Shown: one piece after another, positions 1-12,737 of the stretch
Numbering within the stretch: the first letter of the stretch is position 1
Layout of the letters: each line of letters opens with the position of its first letter
Source: an uncultured delta proteobacterium
Lineage (GTDB): Bacteria > Myxococcota_A > Polyangia > Polyangiales > Polyangiaceae
NCBI GenBank assembly: GCA_963850305.1
Contig: CAWKKR010000003.1
Location: 32,001 to 96,000 of the forward strand
Direction: 5' to 3'
DNA length: 64,000 nucleotides
The notes under the pieces: model-generated
What the model saw: only the letters and a program-made list of their open reading frames with translations
What the model was told of the DNA's origin: nothing
Databases searched by the model: none
Program-made: the position numbers and the translations under genes

Positions 1-2
1 CG

Positions 3-2528
<2,526 letters not shown>

Positions 2529-2529
2529 T

Positions 2530-2719
2530 TTCCTGGCGGGGGACACCCGCTTGCAGTCGCGGCCGCCGCAGCGCCGGGTGGGGTCGTCCGCGAGCCTCTG
2601 ACAGGTCGATTCAATGCCGGTGAGGCAGCGGTCGCACTGTTCCGCGCCCACGTTTCCAGCGTGTAAGCGCCGATGGCACGCAGGTCCGCTCGTGCCTTGG
2701 CTGAGAACCGATACTTCAC
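2530..2719 (-). pseudogene. parE: ParE/RelE-family toxin, frameshifted near 2648 and C-terminally truncated
   Basis: MKYRFSAKARADLRAIGAYTLETW continues in another frame as GAEQCDRCLTGIESTCQRLADDP...GRDCKRVSP. Similarity is lost where it meets the converging gene. Confidence 0.7.
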
Positions 2720-2722
2720 GAG

Positions 2723-2958
2723 CTAGCGCGCCGATGGCGCCAAGCCGAGTTCGGCACGGACGCTGGCAAACGGATCGTCCTCGAAGTCCGGACTTGCGTC
2801 GCCCTCTTCGATGGCGGCGCGGAGCTTGGCCAGCTTGGCGTCGTAGCGTTGCTGCTCGCGCTCCAGCGCTGCGACACCGGCGCGCACCACATCCTCGACG
2901 CTCGCGAAACGTCCCACGGCAACCTGCTCTTCTGCGATCTGCGCCAGATCCTCGAACG
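2723..2958 (-). pseudogene. parD: ParD-like antitoxin (ribbon-helix-helix type), N-terminus/start apparently lost
   Basis: FEDLAQIAEEQVAVGRFASVEDVVRAGVAALE...LRAAIEEGDAS. It lies immediately upstream of parE and has no in-frame ATG before an upstream TGA. Confidence 0.7.
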
Positions 2959-3361
2959 GCCGCCTGCCCGACGCGGAGCCCCCACGGTTTCGCCGGCATC
3001 AACATTCCTCTCGATCGCATTCCATGCTGCCCCGGGGAAACGGAGAGAGAGCATAGCGTGCGCGTCCGCCCCATGAGCATGAGCGGCCCGCCGAGCGGGG
3101 AACCGGCCGCAAAACGACGCTCGCATCGCGCCGTAGGTGATGTCCCCTGAAAACCCTTCTTGCTCATGATCGGCTCTCCGTAGAAGCCGAGCGAACCTGC
3201 GTCGACTTCGTTAAGTACGAGCTTAGGGCGCTCTCTTCGAATTTCCCGCCCTCAGGCCACTGAAACTCATGTCTCGCGGACGATCTCGAGCGCCATCGCC
3301 TCGACGAACCCGTGGTCCACGTCCGCCGGCAGAGCAGAGCCCGAGGACGAGCTCACGGTCG

Positions 3362-3436
3362 CTCACGGTGGCCGGGTTGATCCGTCGCGGCCAGCAGAAC
3401 GCCATCGAGTACCTCGTGATGGAGCCACACTACGGG
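3362..3436 (+). mobile_element. Short transposase N-terminal scar with IS-end-like motif
   Basis: LTVAGLIRRGQQNAIEYL parallels AGWIHRSQQDVIEYL at 31079. It ends in CACACTACGGG, identical to 31481-31491. Confidence 0.5.
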
Positions 3437-3528
3437 TACCACGCGATAGTCACGCTCCACGATGCGGCTCAGGAGCCACGGTAGAGCTCGAGCGACGGCA
3501 GGCGGCCCCGGGTGCGTGAAGCTCGGCC

Positions 3529-6500
3529 TCAGTGTGTCAGCGTCACGATCCATCCGCGTGCGCCGCCCCCGCCGCCGGCTCCCTCCCAATGTTCGCCGTT
3601 CACGCCTGGACCGGCAGTGAGAGTGCCCGTGCCGCCGGCCGCGCCTGCACCAGGGTTCGTGTACGGCGTCGTGCCACCCGAGTTGCACGCCGAGTAGAGG
3701 TTGCCGGCTCCACGAGTTCCGCCAGGGGCCGCGGTGGTGCTGGCGCTGCCGTCCGCACCTGCGGTTCCTGCGCCGGTGCAGGCATTGCCCTTGGTCGCGG
3801 TATTTCGTTCGCCCCCGCCTCCTCCGCCACCCCCGCCGCCATTGGCGAAGACCCGTGCATTGGTGGTGAGGGTGTGGGCCTCGAGCAAGATGCCGCCGCC
3901 ACTGCCTCCGCCCCCGCCGCCGGATGCCATCAGCTGCTGAGTGCTGCCGTCATTGGGATTCACGACGGCGCCGAAACCGCCGCCGCTACCACCCGCGGTG
4001 ACGGTGCCCGAGACGGCCACGGTGAGATCCCCGGCCGCGCTGATCTGGACGGCTCCACCGCCGTACCCTCCAGCGCCACCCGCGGCGATGTGCGTCCCGA
4101 GGTCGGTCTTCTGCTGTCCATCGCCGCCCTTCCCCCCGCTGCAACCGCCTCGCAACGGCACGAGCGTCGAGCTGACGACCGCTCCGCCGTTCGCCGCCCC
4201 TCCCGTGGCACCATTTCCGATATCGCCCTCGCCACCCGCGCCGCCCGGGGCCCCGAACCCTCCGCCCCCGCCGCCGTTCGGCGATTGCGTGAGCGAACCC
4301 GCCGCGCAGCTCTCCGCCGATGCTCCGGCACCGGCAACAGTCCCATGGGAGCCTGCGTCGACGGTGCCGGCGATGGCCGCATCTCCGAAGACGGCAATGA
4401 CGACCGGGCGGGTTCCGGTGAGAGTCAGCGACGACCCGGCGGCGACGGAGAGGCCACGAAGCGGCAGGATGACGAGGTCCGGCCCACCCGCCTGTGTCTG
4501 CACGACGGGTGTCGGCAACGCTTCGCCGCACCAGTTGCCGAACGCGAGCGTGCCCGAGTCGAACGTCGAAGCGCCGCAGTTGAGGGTCGTCGTCGGATCG
4601 GTCGGCGACGGGTCGACGCCCGCCCCCGTGGGGTTGAAGTTGCTCGGGGTGTACGCGAACGCGGTGTACGCCACCGCACCGCAGACTCCGGTGGCGCAAT
4701 TGCCCGTGGTGCAGTCCGTGTTCGCGCCGCACTTTTCGCCTTGCGGGCACTTCGGACAGATCGTGCCGCCGCAATCGACGTCGCTCTCGCTGCCGTCCTT
4801 CAAGCCATCGGTGCAAGACGCCGCCTGACACGTCCCGGTGACGCAGAGCGCGCTCTGACAATCCGTGGAGCTCGTGCAGCCCTGGCCGTTGGGACACGCC
4901 GGACAGGTGCTACCGCAGTCGACGCCCGTTTCGGTGCCGTTGAGGACGGAGTCCGCGCACGTGGGCGCCTGACACGTGGTGCTGCAGACCTTGTCCGTGC
5001 AGTCGTTACCCGTCGAGCACGTCTGTCCGTCGGCGCACTTGGGGCACGCCGCTCCGCCGCAGTCGACCGCGGTCTCGCTGCCGTTCTTCACGTGGTCGGC
5101 GCACGTCGCGGTTTGGCAAATGTTGCCCGAGCAGACGAGGCTCAGACAATCCGTCGCGCCGTTGCAGGCACTCCCCGCGGTGCAGCCCGGGCAAGTCCCG
5201 CCGCCGCAGTCGACCGCGGTCTCGTTGCCGTTCTTCACGGTGTCCGTGCAGGACGGCGCCTGACACGTGTTCGCCTTGCAGACGCCGCTCGTGCAATCGC
5301 CGTTGCCGCTGCAGCCGAGGCCCGCGCCGCAGAGCGGACACGTGCCGCCGCCGCAGTCCGTCCCGGTCTCTGCCCCGTTCTGGATCTTGTCGGTGCAGGT
5401 CGCCACCTGGCACGTCCCCGTCGCACAGCTCTTGCTCTGACAGTCCGAGCCGGCGCCGCACTTCTCGCCGTTCGGGCAGGGCGCGCAGCTCGTCCCGCCG
5501 CAGTCGACGTCCGTTTCGGTCCCGTTCTTCACGCCGTCGTTGCACCCGGGCTGCGTGCAGACCCCGCCGGAACAGTACGTGCCCGAGCAGTCCCCGCCGC
5601 TCAGACATTTCTTGCCGTTCGCGCAGGTGGGGCAGGAGCCGCCGCCGCAATCGACGTCGGTCTCCGCGCCGTTCTCGACCTTGTCGGTGCAGCTCGGCGC
5701 CTGGCACACGCCTCCGGTGCACACCCCTGTGGCGCAGTCGCCCGGGACCAGGCATTTCTTTCCAGCAGCGCAGCTCGAGCACGCGGTCCCGCCGCAATCC
5801 ACGTCCGTCTCGTTGCCGTTCTTCACGTTGTCCGTGCAGAGCGGCGGCGCGCAGGCAGATCCATTGCACACGCCGCTCTGGCAATCCGCTCCGGAATTGC
5901 AGCCGAGGCCCGGACCGCAGGTCGTGCAAATGCCCCCGCAGTCCACGTCGCTCTCGGCGCCGTTCTTGACGTGATCGCTACAGCTCGGCGCCTGGCACTT
6001 GCTCGTCGTGCAGACGCCGCTCACGCAGTCGGAGCCGGAGCCGCACGCCCCGTTCGTCCCGCACTTGGTGCACGAGCCTCCGCAATCCACGTCGCTCTCC
6101 GTGCCGTCCTTCAGCCCATCCGTGCACGACGCCGCGGCGCACACGCCCCCCGCGCAGACGCCGCCGCTGCAGTCCGTGTTGCCGTTGCAGGAGCCGCCAT
6201 TCGCGCACTTGGGGCACGTTCCACCCCCGCAATCCGTGCTCGTCTCGTTGCCGTTCTTCACCTTGTCCGTGCACGTCGCGGCCGGACACTTTCCGCTCGT
6301 GCACACGTCGCTCGCGCAGTCGCTCGCGACCGTGCACACGCCGCCGGTACCGCAAGCTGGGCAAGCCCCTCCTCCGCAATCGACGTCGCTTTCCGTGCCG
6401 TTCTTCACCGTGTCCGCGCAGCTCGGCGCCTGGCACACCGAAGCCCCGCACACCTTGCTCGTGCAGTCTCCCGAAGCGCTGCATCCCTTGCCCGAACCGC

Positions 6501-8616
6501 ACGGCACGCAGTTCGTGCCGCCGCAGTCGACGTCCGTCTCCGTCCCGTTCTTCACCTTGTCGGAGCACGTCGGGGCTTGGCAGGTGCCGCCCGCGCAGAC
6601 TCCGCTCGCGCAGTCGCTCCCCGCCGCGCACGAGTTGCCCGTCGCGCATCGGGGGCACGCCGAACCGCCGCAGTCGACGTCCGTCTCCGTCCCGTTCTTC
6701 ACCTTGTCGGAGCACGTCCCGGTCTGGCACACGCCGGAAGCGCAGACCTTGCTCTTGCAGTCGACGGCCACCTTACACGTCTGGCCAGGGTTGCATGCTG
6801 CACACGTCGTCCCGCCGCAGTCGACGTCGGTCTCGTTCGCATTCTTGACGAAGTCCGAACAGCTGGCGGCCTGGCACAGTCCGGCGCAGACGAGGCTCGT
6901 GCAGTCGCTGGCGATCGAGCAGCCGGCGCCGGTGCCGCACGGATTGCACGCGCCGCCGCCGCAGTCGACTCCCGTCTCCTTGCCGTTCTGGACGGTGTCC
7001 GTGCACGTTGCCGGCTGACACGCGCCACTCGCACAGTCCTTGCTCACGCAGTCTCCTGCCGCGATGCACGCGGCGTGATCGGCGCACGCCGGACAGCTCG
7101 GGCCCCCGCAGTCCACGTCCGTTTCCGTCCCGTTCTTCACCCCGTCGGTACAACCCGGCGACGTGCACACGCCCGCCGCGGAGCAAAATGCCGTCTTGCA
7201 GTCGGCGTTGACGGAGCACGCGGCTCCCACCGCGCACCCGGGGCACGTTCCGCCGCAGTCCGTCGCCGTCTCGTTGCCGTTCTGAACCCCGTCGGAGCAC
7301 GTCGCCGACTGGCAGACGGCCGACGTGCAGACGCCGGTCGTGCAGTCGCTCGCCACCTTGCAAATCTTCGTCGCTGCGCACTTCGCGCAGGATGGCCCGC
7401 CGCAATCGACGTCGGTCTCGTTGCCGTTGAGCACGGTGTCCGTGCAACCCGGCGCCTGACACGCGCCGCTCGCGCAAACGCCCGAGGTGCAATCCGCTGC
7501 AGCCCCACAGCCGAGCCCGATCTGGCAGGGCCCGCAGGTGCCGCCGCAATCGACGTCGGTCTCGTCCCCGTTCTTCAGCGAATCGGTGCAGCTCGGCGCG
7601 CGGCAGAGGGAATCGTTGCCGCAGACCCCGCTCGCGCAATCCGACCCCAGATCGCACAGCAGTCCCGTCGCGCACCCCGGGCACGTCCCGCCGCCGCAGT
7701 CGACGTCGGTCTCGTTGCCATTGCGGACCTGATCCGTGCACTCAGAGCCACTGCACACCCCCGCCGTGCAGACCGCCGTCACGCAATCCGACCCCACGCC
7801 GCACGTCGCGCCGACCGCGCACGCGCCGCAGTCCGAGCCACCGCAGTCCACGGCCGTCTCGTTGCCGTTCTTCACGCCGTCGTTGCAGCTCGCGGCCACG
7901 CACACCGCGCCCGTGCAGACGTCGCTCGCGCAATCTCCGCCGAAGCCACACTTCGCTCCGGTCGCGCATGCCGGGCACGTTCCCCCGCAGTCGACGTCCG
8001 TTTCGCTGCCGTTCCTCACGCCGTCCGTGCAGGTCGCCGCGCTGCAGGTGCCGTTGCACGTGCCCGTCACGCAGTCCGCGGGCGCCGTGCACATCGAGCC
8101 CACCCCGCACGGCGCGCAGCTACCGCCGCCGCAGTCGACGTCCGTCTCGGTGCCGTTCTCGACGCCGTCGGCGCAGCTCGCCGCCTGGCAGAGTCCCTGC
8201 GAGCAGAAGGCCGTCGCGCAATCGCTCGGCAGCTTGCACGCCTTCTTGACCGTGCAGGGCGTGCAGCTTCCGCCGCAGTCGATGTCCGTCTCGGTGCCGT
8301 TCTCGACGCCGTCGGTGCAGCTAGGCTCCGCGCACTGGCCGCCCCGGCAAATCCCGCTGGCGCAATCGCTCGCGACCCAGCAGTCGGCGCCCGCCGCGCA
8401 CGGGGAACAGGAGCCTCCGCAGTCGACCCCCGACTCCGTCCCGTCTTTCTTGCCGTCGCTGCACGTCGTGTCGTCGCGAACGGCGGCGTCGGGCGCCGTC
8501 CCTGCATCCCCGCCATGAACGCCCTTGTGCGAGTCGAGACCGTCGAGCCCCGACGTCGTGCACCCCGCGAGCACGCCCGTGATGACGACGATCATCCAAG
8601 CTCGAAGCCCCTGCAT
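3529..8616 (-). CDS. Giant Cys-rich repeat lipoprotein with Gly-rich C-terminal domain
   Basis: Signal/lipobox VITGVLAGC. 26 copies of an about 48-aa unit CxDxxKNGxETDVDCGGxxCxxC...DCxSxVC, then a Gly-rich domain. Start placed at ATG 8616 (MQGLRAW). Confidence 0.85.
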   Translation of the reverse strand: MQGLRAWMIVVITGVLAGCTTSGLDGLDSHKGVHGGDAGTAPDAAVRDDTTCSDGKKDGTESGVDCGGSCSPCAAGADCWVASDCASGICRGGQCAEPSCTDGVENGTETDIDCGGSCTPCTVKKACKLPSDCATAFCSQGLCQAASCADGVENGTETDVDCGGGSCAPCGVGSMCTAPADCVTGTCNGTCSAATCTDGVRNGSETDVDCGGTCPACATGAKCGFGGDCASDVCTGAVCVAASCNDGVKNGNETAVDCGGSDCGACAVGATCGVGSDCVTAVCTAGVCSGSECTDQVRNGNETDVDCGGGTCPGCATGLLCDLGSDCASGVCGNDSLCRAPSCTDSLKNGDETDVDCGGTCGPCQIGLGCGAAADCTSGVCASGACQAPGCTDTVLNGNETDVDCGGPSCAKCAATKICKVASDCTTGVCTSAVCQSATCSDGVQNGNETATDCGGTCPGCAVGAACSVNADCKTAFCSAAGVCTSPGCTDGVKNGTETDVDCGGPSCPACADHAACIAAGDCVSKDCASGACQPATCTDTVQNGKETGVDCGGGACNPCGTGAGCSIASDCTSLVCAGLCQAASCSDFVKNANETDVDCGGTTCAACNPGQTCKVAVDCKSKVCASGVCQTGTCSDKVKNGTETDVDCGGSACPRCATGNSCAAGSDCASGVCAGGTCQAPTCSDKVKNGTETDVDCGGTNCVPCGSGKGCSASGDCTSKVCGASVCQAPSCADTVKNGTESDVDCGGGACPACGTGGVCTVASDCASDVCTSGKCPAATCTDKVKNGNETSTDCGGGTCPKCANGGSCNGNTDCSGGVCAGGVCAAASCTDGLKDGTESDVDCGGSCTKCGTNGACGSGSDCVSGVCTTSKCQAPSCSDHVKNGAESDVDCGGICTTCGPGLGCNSGADCQSGVCNGSACAPPLCTDNVKNGNETDVDCGGTACSSCAAGKKCLVPGDCATGVCTGGVCQAPSCTDKVENGAETDVDCGGGSCPTCANGKKCLSGGDCSGTYCSGGVCTQPGCNDGVKNGTETDVDCGGTSCAPCPNGEKCGAGSDCQSKSCATGTCQVATCTDKIQNGAETGTDCGGGTCPLCGAGLGCSGNGDCTSGVCKANTCQAPSCTDTVKNGNETAVDCGGGTCPGCTAGSACNGATDCLSLVCSGNICQTATCADHVKNGSETAVDCGGAACPKCADGQTCSTGNDCTDKVCSTTCQAPTCADSVLNGTETGVDCGSTCPACPNGQGCTSSTDCQSALCVTGTCQAASCTDGLKDGSESDVDCGGTICPKCPQGEKCGANTDCTTGNCATGVCGAVAYTAFAYTPSNFNPTGAGVDPSPTDPTTTLNCGASTFDSGTLAFGNWCGEALPTPVVQTQAGGPDLVILPLRGLSVAAGSSLTLTGTRPVVIAVFGDAAIAGTVDAGSHGTVAGAGASAESCAAGSLTQSPNGGGGGGFGAPGGAGGEGDIGNGATGGAANGGAVVSSTLVPLRGGCSGGKGGDGQQKTDLGTHIAAGGAGGYGGGAVQISAAGDLTVAVSGTVTAGGSGGGFGAVVNPNDGSTQQLMASGGGGGGSGGGILLEAHTLTTNARVFANGGGGGGGGGGERNTATKGNACTGAGTAGADGSASTTAAPGGTRGAGNLYSACNSGGTTPYTNPGAGAAGGTGTLTAGPGVNGEHWEGAGGGGGARGWIVTLTH

Positions 8617-9079
8617 CGGATCCGGCAGAGTGTACCCCAGTCCCGGCGGCGGCGCGTGAACCCGTGCGGGACACGCTTTCACGACGTTTTGGGACGTTGT
8701 GGTGGCGAGCACTCCGTCCGAGCGTCCCGCAGCGCCGGTCCGGGATCGGTGAAGGTTCCGACGCAGCCCACCGCCGGAGCGCCCGCGTTCCGACCCGGTT
8801 CCCGCCTAGTGAGGGGCCGCTCGTGCTCGATCCGTTACCCGGCTCGCCGACGAGCACCTGATCGATCGCGTGGGAGCGTCGCGCGGGTGTTCACGGCCGC
8901 CCGTCGATGTGGCTCAGGTTGGCACACAACGCCGGGATCCCGCCGGCTCGCTCGAGCACGATGCGCGACGTTTGCCGCGGAAATCACCCGCGGCACGAGG
9001 GTTGCTCATCCCGACGCCGCGCTCGACCTCCCGGGGAGGAGGTTCGTCGCGTTCGCGCGGGGTCGCACGGAAAGCATCG

Positions 9080-9815
9080 ATGATCGACGAGCGGAGGCAC
9101 TGGGCGCGTCGCGCCGCAGGGTGGGTGGACGCGAACGCGCTTCTCCTGCTCTCTGGCCTATTTCACGCTCACGCCCGCCTTCTATCTGCTCGCATGCGTG
9201 CCGCCGATATGGCTCGGGCGCAGCGCGACGAGTGTCCTCGGGATCTACCTGCACCAGTTCGACACCGCCGGCACGCTGACGATGAACGCCGCCTCCGTCT
9301 ATCAGTGGTTGCCCGTATCGGCGGAGCCCGACGCGCAGGTACGGGGTGGGCTCGTGTTCGCGGCGGGGGCGTGCGCGCTGTCCGCTTACGTGATCTTGCG
9401 CCGCTCCCGCCGCCCGTTCCGTCCGGAGAGTCTCCTCAACATCGCCCTCTTTCTCGCCGCGCTCCCTCCCTTCCTGCTCTCGAAGATGCACGAACGCTAT
9501 GCGTTCGTGAGTGACGTGCTCGCCTGTGTCGTTCCCTTCGTGACTCCCTCGCTGGTCGGACCGGCGGTGCTACTGGTGTTTGCTTCCTTCGTTTCCTACG
9601 GCCCGTTCATCGGCGCAAGCTGGATGCCGCTCCCTTATGCCGCGATGCTCAACCTGGTCGCGCTCGTGCTCATCGCGCGGCAGTTGGGCCGCGATCTGGG
9701 CCTCACGGACGCACTCGGTCAGACGGCACGAGACGACGATTCCGGCGACGAACGGCCAGTTTCTGGCCTCACCAGCGTCCGAGACGTCGACCGCGCGGGT
9801 CGCTCTCGATTTTAG
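9080..9815 (+). pseudogene. GT-C fold membrane mannosyltransferase-like gene, internally deleted or frameshifted
   Basis: C-terminal half ...AYFTLTPAFYLLACVPPIWLGRS...LTMNAASVYQWLP...KMHERYAF is in a frame lacking a proper start. A short N-terminus (MIDERRHW...) starts at ATG 9080 in another frame. Confidence 0.55.
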
Positions 9816-10064
9816 CCCGTGCGAGCCGACGCGGCGGTGGCTTCGACGTCTTCAGGTTGCACCACGGTGCTTCTTGGTTGCGGCCTCACTCGGCGACCTC
9901 GCGCGGGCGTGGCTCGCACGTCGCGGTCACGGGGGATCCGACCCGCGGGTCGCCACGCGACGCGCTTCGCAGGAGTGAGAAGGTCGCCCACCCCCGCCCC
10001 CGCCGTCCCGCGACGGCCCCGGGCCGTCAGGGACAGGCAATTTCGTTATAGAGTGGAGTCTGCA

Positions 10065-11051
10065 ATGAGGAAGGCGCTTGTTAGGTTGAGTTGCCTGACC
10101 TTACCGCTCCTTGCGACGAACTGCGGGCGCGTGTCGGAGCCGGCGCGCGCGACGGATGCCGGGCCAGGTCGTGCCATGTCCACGGGTGGTAGCGCCGGTG
10201 CGATCGGCGGCGATCGCGCGCAGGACGGTTCGTTCGCGAACGGGGGCCGCGCGACCCGTACCTCGACGACGCCCGACGGCGAAGCCGATGCCGGCGCGCT
10301 CGACGTTCGGCGCTGCGGGCGCACGGATCCGGCGCGCCCCGACGACTGTGACGGTGTGTGCACGAGTGTCGAGACGGACCCGGGTAATTGCGGCGGGTGC
10401 GGCTCGGCATGCAGCGGTGGCGCCGTGTGCCTCCGCGGCCGCTGCTCGCCGACATGCGCCACGGACGCGGGCGCACCCTTGACTAACTGCGACGGCGCCT
10501 GCGTGAGCCTTGCCAGCAACGCCGACCACTGCGGCACGTGCCGCAACGCTTGCACCGGAGGACAGATCTGTGTCGAAGGGCAATGCGCGTGCCCCACGGC
10601 GAGTCTCCCTTCGGTGCCGGAGACGCTCTGCAATGGAGTGTGCATCGACACGCTCGCCAATGCCAGCCACTGCGGAGGCCTTGGCGGAATCGGGGGTCCC
10701 GGTGCTCCACCTCTCCCCTCGTATTGCAATAGCGTCTGCCCGCCGGACGATGGCGGGCCGCCCCTCTGCGTTCTTGGGGCATGCGCGAAGGGGGTGTCGT
10801 GTGCCCTGCAGGGCGAGTCAGTGTGCAACGGCGGGTGCGTCGACTTGTCGGTCAACAACGCCAATTGCGGCGGCTGCAATAACATCTGCGCAGGCGGTTC
10901 GACCTGTGAACTTGGCCGCTGCACTTGTCCCGGCGGCGACGCCTATTGCCACGGAATGTGCCTGCCGGTAAGCGATGACGCCCAGAACTGCGGAGCCTGC
11001 GACGCCAGGTGTGGGGCCGGGACGGCGTGCGTCGGTGGGAAGTGCAGGTGA
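10065..11051 (+). CDS. Cys-rich lipoprotein with DPxNCGxCGxxC (Stigma1/MXAN_6577-like) repeats
   Basis: Signal peptide ending LLATNC. Repeats DPGNCGGCGSAC, NADHCGTCRNAC, NNANCGGCNNIC, DAQNCGACDARC. Confidence 0.8.
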   Translation: MRKALVRLSCLTLPLLATNCGRVSEPARATDAGPGRAMSTGGSAGAIGGDRAQDGSFANGGRATRTSTTPDGEADAGALDVRRCGRTDPARPDDCDGVCTSVETDPGNCGGCGSACSGGAVCLRGRCSPTCATDAGAPLTNCDGACVSLASNADHCGTCRNACTGGQICVEGQCACPTASLPSVPETLCNGVCIDTLANASHCGGLGGIGGPGAPPLPSYCNSVCPPDDGGPPLCVLGACAKGVSCALQGESVCNGGCVDLSVNNANCGGCNNICAGGSTCELGRCTCPGGDAYCHGMCLPVSDDAQNCGACDARCGAGTACVGGKCR

Positions 11052-11092
11052 CGAGCGTGGGTGCGCCGTTCTGGAAGCCCGTCCTGGCTGGT

Positions 11093-11390
11093 GAAGGGGG
11101 CGGGCGCCCGAATCCTCCGCACCGCCGTCAGGGCGCCCCGGATGAATGCTTTCTGTGAACGGTTTCAGCGTTCGCTGCGAATGCCTCGACCACGTCGTCG
11201 TGCTCGGTGAGCACCACCTCGAGCGTGTCCTGCGGGAGTACTGCTTCCGGTATTTTAACCAGGCACGCCCGCATCAGGGGATCGGTCAGCTCGTGCCCAT
11301 CGGCGCCGCGACCTCCTCGAGCGGTGGCGCCGAGGTCGTGGGCGTCCCCGTTCTGAATGGCCTGCAACACGACTACGGAGGGCCGCATGA
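11093..11390 (+). mobile_element. DDE integrase-core transposase C-terminal fragment (degenerate)
   Basis: RILRTAVRAPRMNAFCERF / SVRCECLDHVVVLGEHHLERVLREY...YFNQARPHQGIGQ...LNGLQHDY..AA*, with frameshifts. Confidence 0.75.
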
Positions 11391-11597
11391 TGGGCGTCAC
11401 GGCAGGTTTCGAAGGACGGATGGACGAAGTAGCCGGAACAGCGCATCGTGCTTTTCGTGGAGCGGGTCCTCGCCCGCTGAAATGCGGGGGTCGGTACTTT
11501 CTTCGCTGCCTGCGCCGGGAGCAACCGCGTGGTGGGTGCCTAAACTTGATTGGATCCAACCCTGTTGCGCCGCGAGGAGCGACTCGCGTCTCCTGGC

Positions 11598-12518
11598 TCA
11601 CTTCACGAACGTCCTGAAATTCAGGTCGTTTCCTGCGGGCGACCCGTTCACGATCGCGGTCCCCGCGGAGTACGAATCTCCCAGCGATTCTCCGACGCCG
11701 AACGTGAAGTCACATTCCTCCGCGAGCTCGCAGCTGTTTCCGACCAAGCCCCCGGTGCAGAGCCCGGACGCCGCAGCGCACACACCTGGCTGTAGAAGCG
11801 AGGTGAATGTGAAAGTGTACACCATTTCCGACTCGACCTGAATGCACTGGCTGCTCAGGTCGATATAAAAGACGCCGGGCGCGCCGGACGTGACGGCGGT
11901 GTTCGCACAGCGGGTGCCAAACGACGAGATGGGGATGTCCGTGGATCCGAGGGTCACGCCGTTGCTGTCCGTGAGCGTGAGCGCGATCGAGCCAGACGCC
12001 GCTACGCCGGGCGGCGTGCAGTAGTACCAGGCGAGCGGCACTTCGATGCCCGTGAGTTGCCCCGTCTGCCCCGCGGTGAAGGACTGGCCGACCACCTGCG
12101 TCGTGCTGAGGCCGTAATATCCACTGTTCTGGAGCTGCGATTGATCCGCGCCGCCGGGCGCCGTCTCGCAGCCGGCGTCTGGTGCCGCATCGAGAGCTGC
12201 GTCGACAGAGGCGTCCGCGCTTCGGCGACCCGCGTCGCTTCCGGCGCTGCCGTCGAGCGGGGCATGCCCGGAGTCGCTGCCGCTGGAGCCCGCGTCGAAC
12301 GGCGTGGGCCCCGCGTCGCTTCCGCCCGGGCTTGCACCGGATGATCCGCCGGCGCCACCTTCTCCAGGGGAATGTCCGCCGGATCCGGCGGCATCCACCG
12401 TGGAACCGTCCGCTCCCGCGTCGGTCGCGGGATGAACTCTTCGATGGGTATCGCTGCTACCGCACGCGGCCAGCATGCCCGTACCGGCGAAGAGGGCAAT
12501 CGTGACGAATGAGCGCAT
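11598..12518 (-). CDS. Secreted lipoprotein, Gly/Ser/Asp-rich linker plus unknown beta-rich domain
   Basis: MRSFVTIALFAGTGMLAAC lipobox, DAG-rich linker, C-terminal GQSFTAGQTGQLTGIEV...DLNFRTFVK. Confidence 0.7.
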   Translation of the reverse strand: MRSFVTIALFAGTGMLAACGSSDTHRRVHPATDAGADGSTVDAAGSGGHSPGEGGAGGSSGASPGGSDAGPTPFDAGSSGSDSGHAPLDGSAGSDAGRRSADASVDAALDAAPDAGCETAPGGADQSQLQNSGYYGLSTTQVVGQSFTAGQTGQLTGIEVPLAWYYCTPPGVAASGSIALTLTDSNGVTLGSTDIPISSFGTRCANTAVTSGAPGVFYIDLSSQCIQVESEMVYTFTFTSLLQPGVCAAASGLCTGGLVGNSCELAEECDFTFGVGESLGDSYSAGTAIVNGSPAGNDLNFRTFVK

Positions 12519-12737
12519 GAAGAGCCTCGGGTTCCGTCGGAGGGTGAGGCTTCCACGAGTGCCCCGTCTTCTTCGCGACTGCAAGACGGTTCGCTTGGCG
12601 CGGGCCAGGAACCGACCCGGCATCGCCGGGCGGGAGGCTCGCTCGATCGGGTCCCCCATCGAGTGTGGAACCAGTGGAACGAGAGGAGCGCGGGCTAGGT
12701 CTAGACGGCGGGAGGAGCGGTGGTATCGTGACGCGTC

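Noticed and set aside
3532..9279. 1915-aa plus-strand ORF
   Set aside because: Antisense shadow of the Cys-rich repeat gene; Arg/Ala-rich with no motifs, as expected in high-GC DNA.
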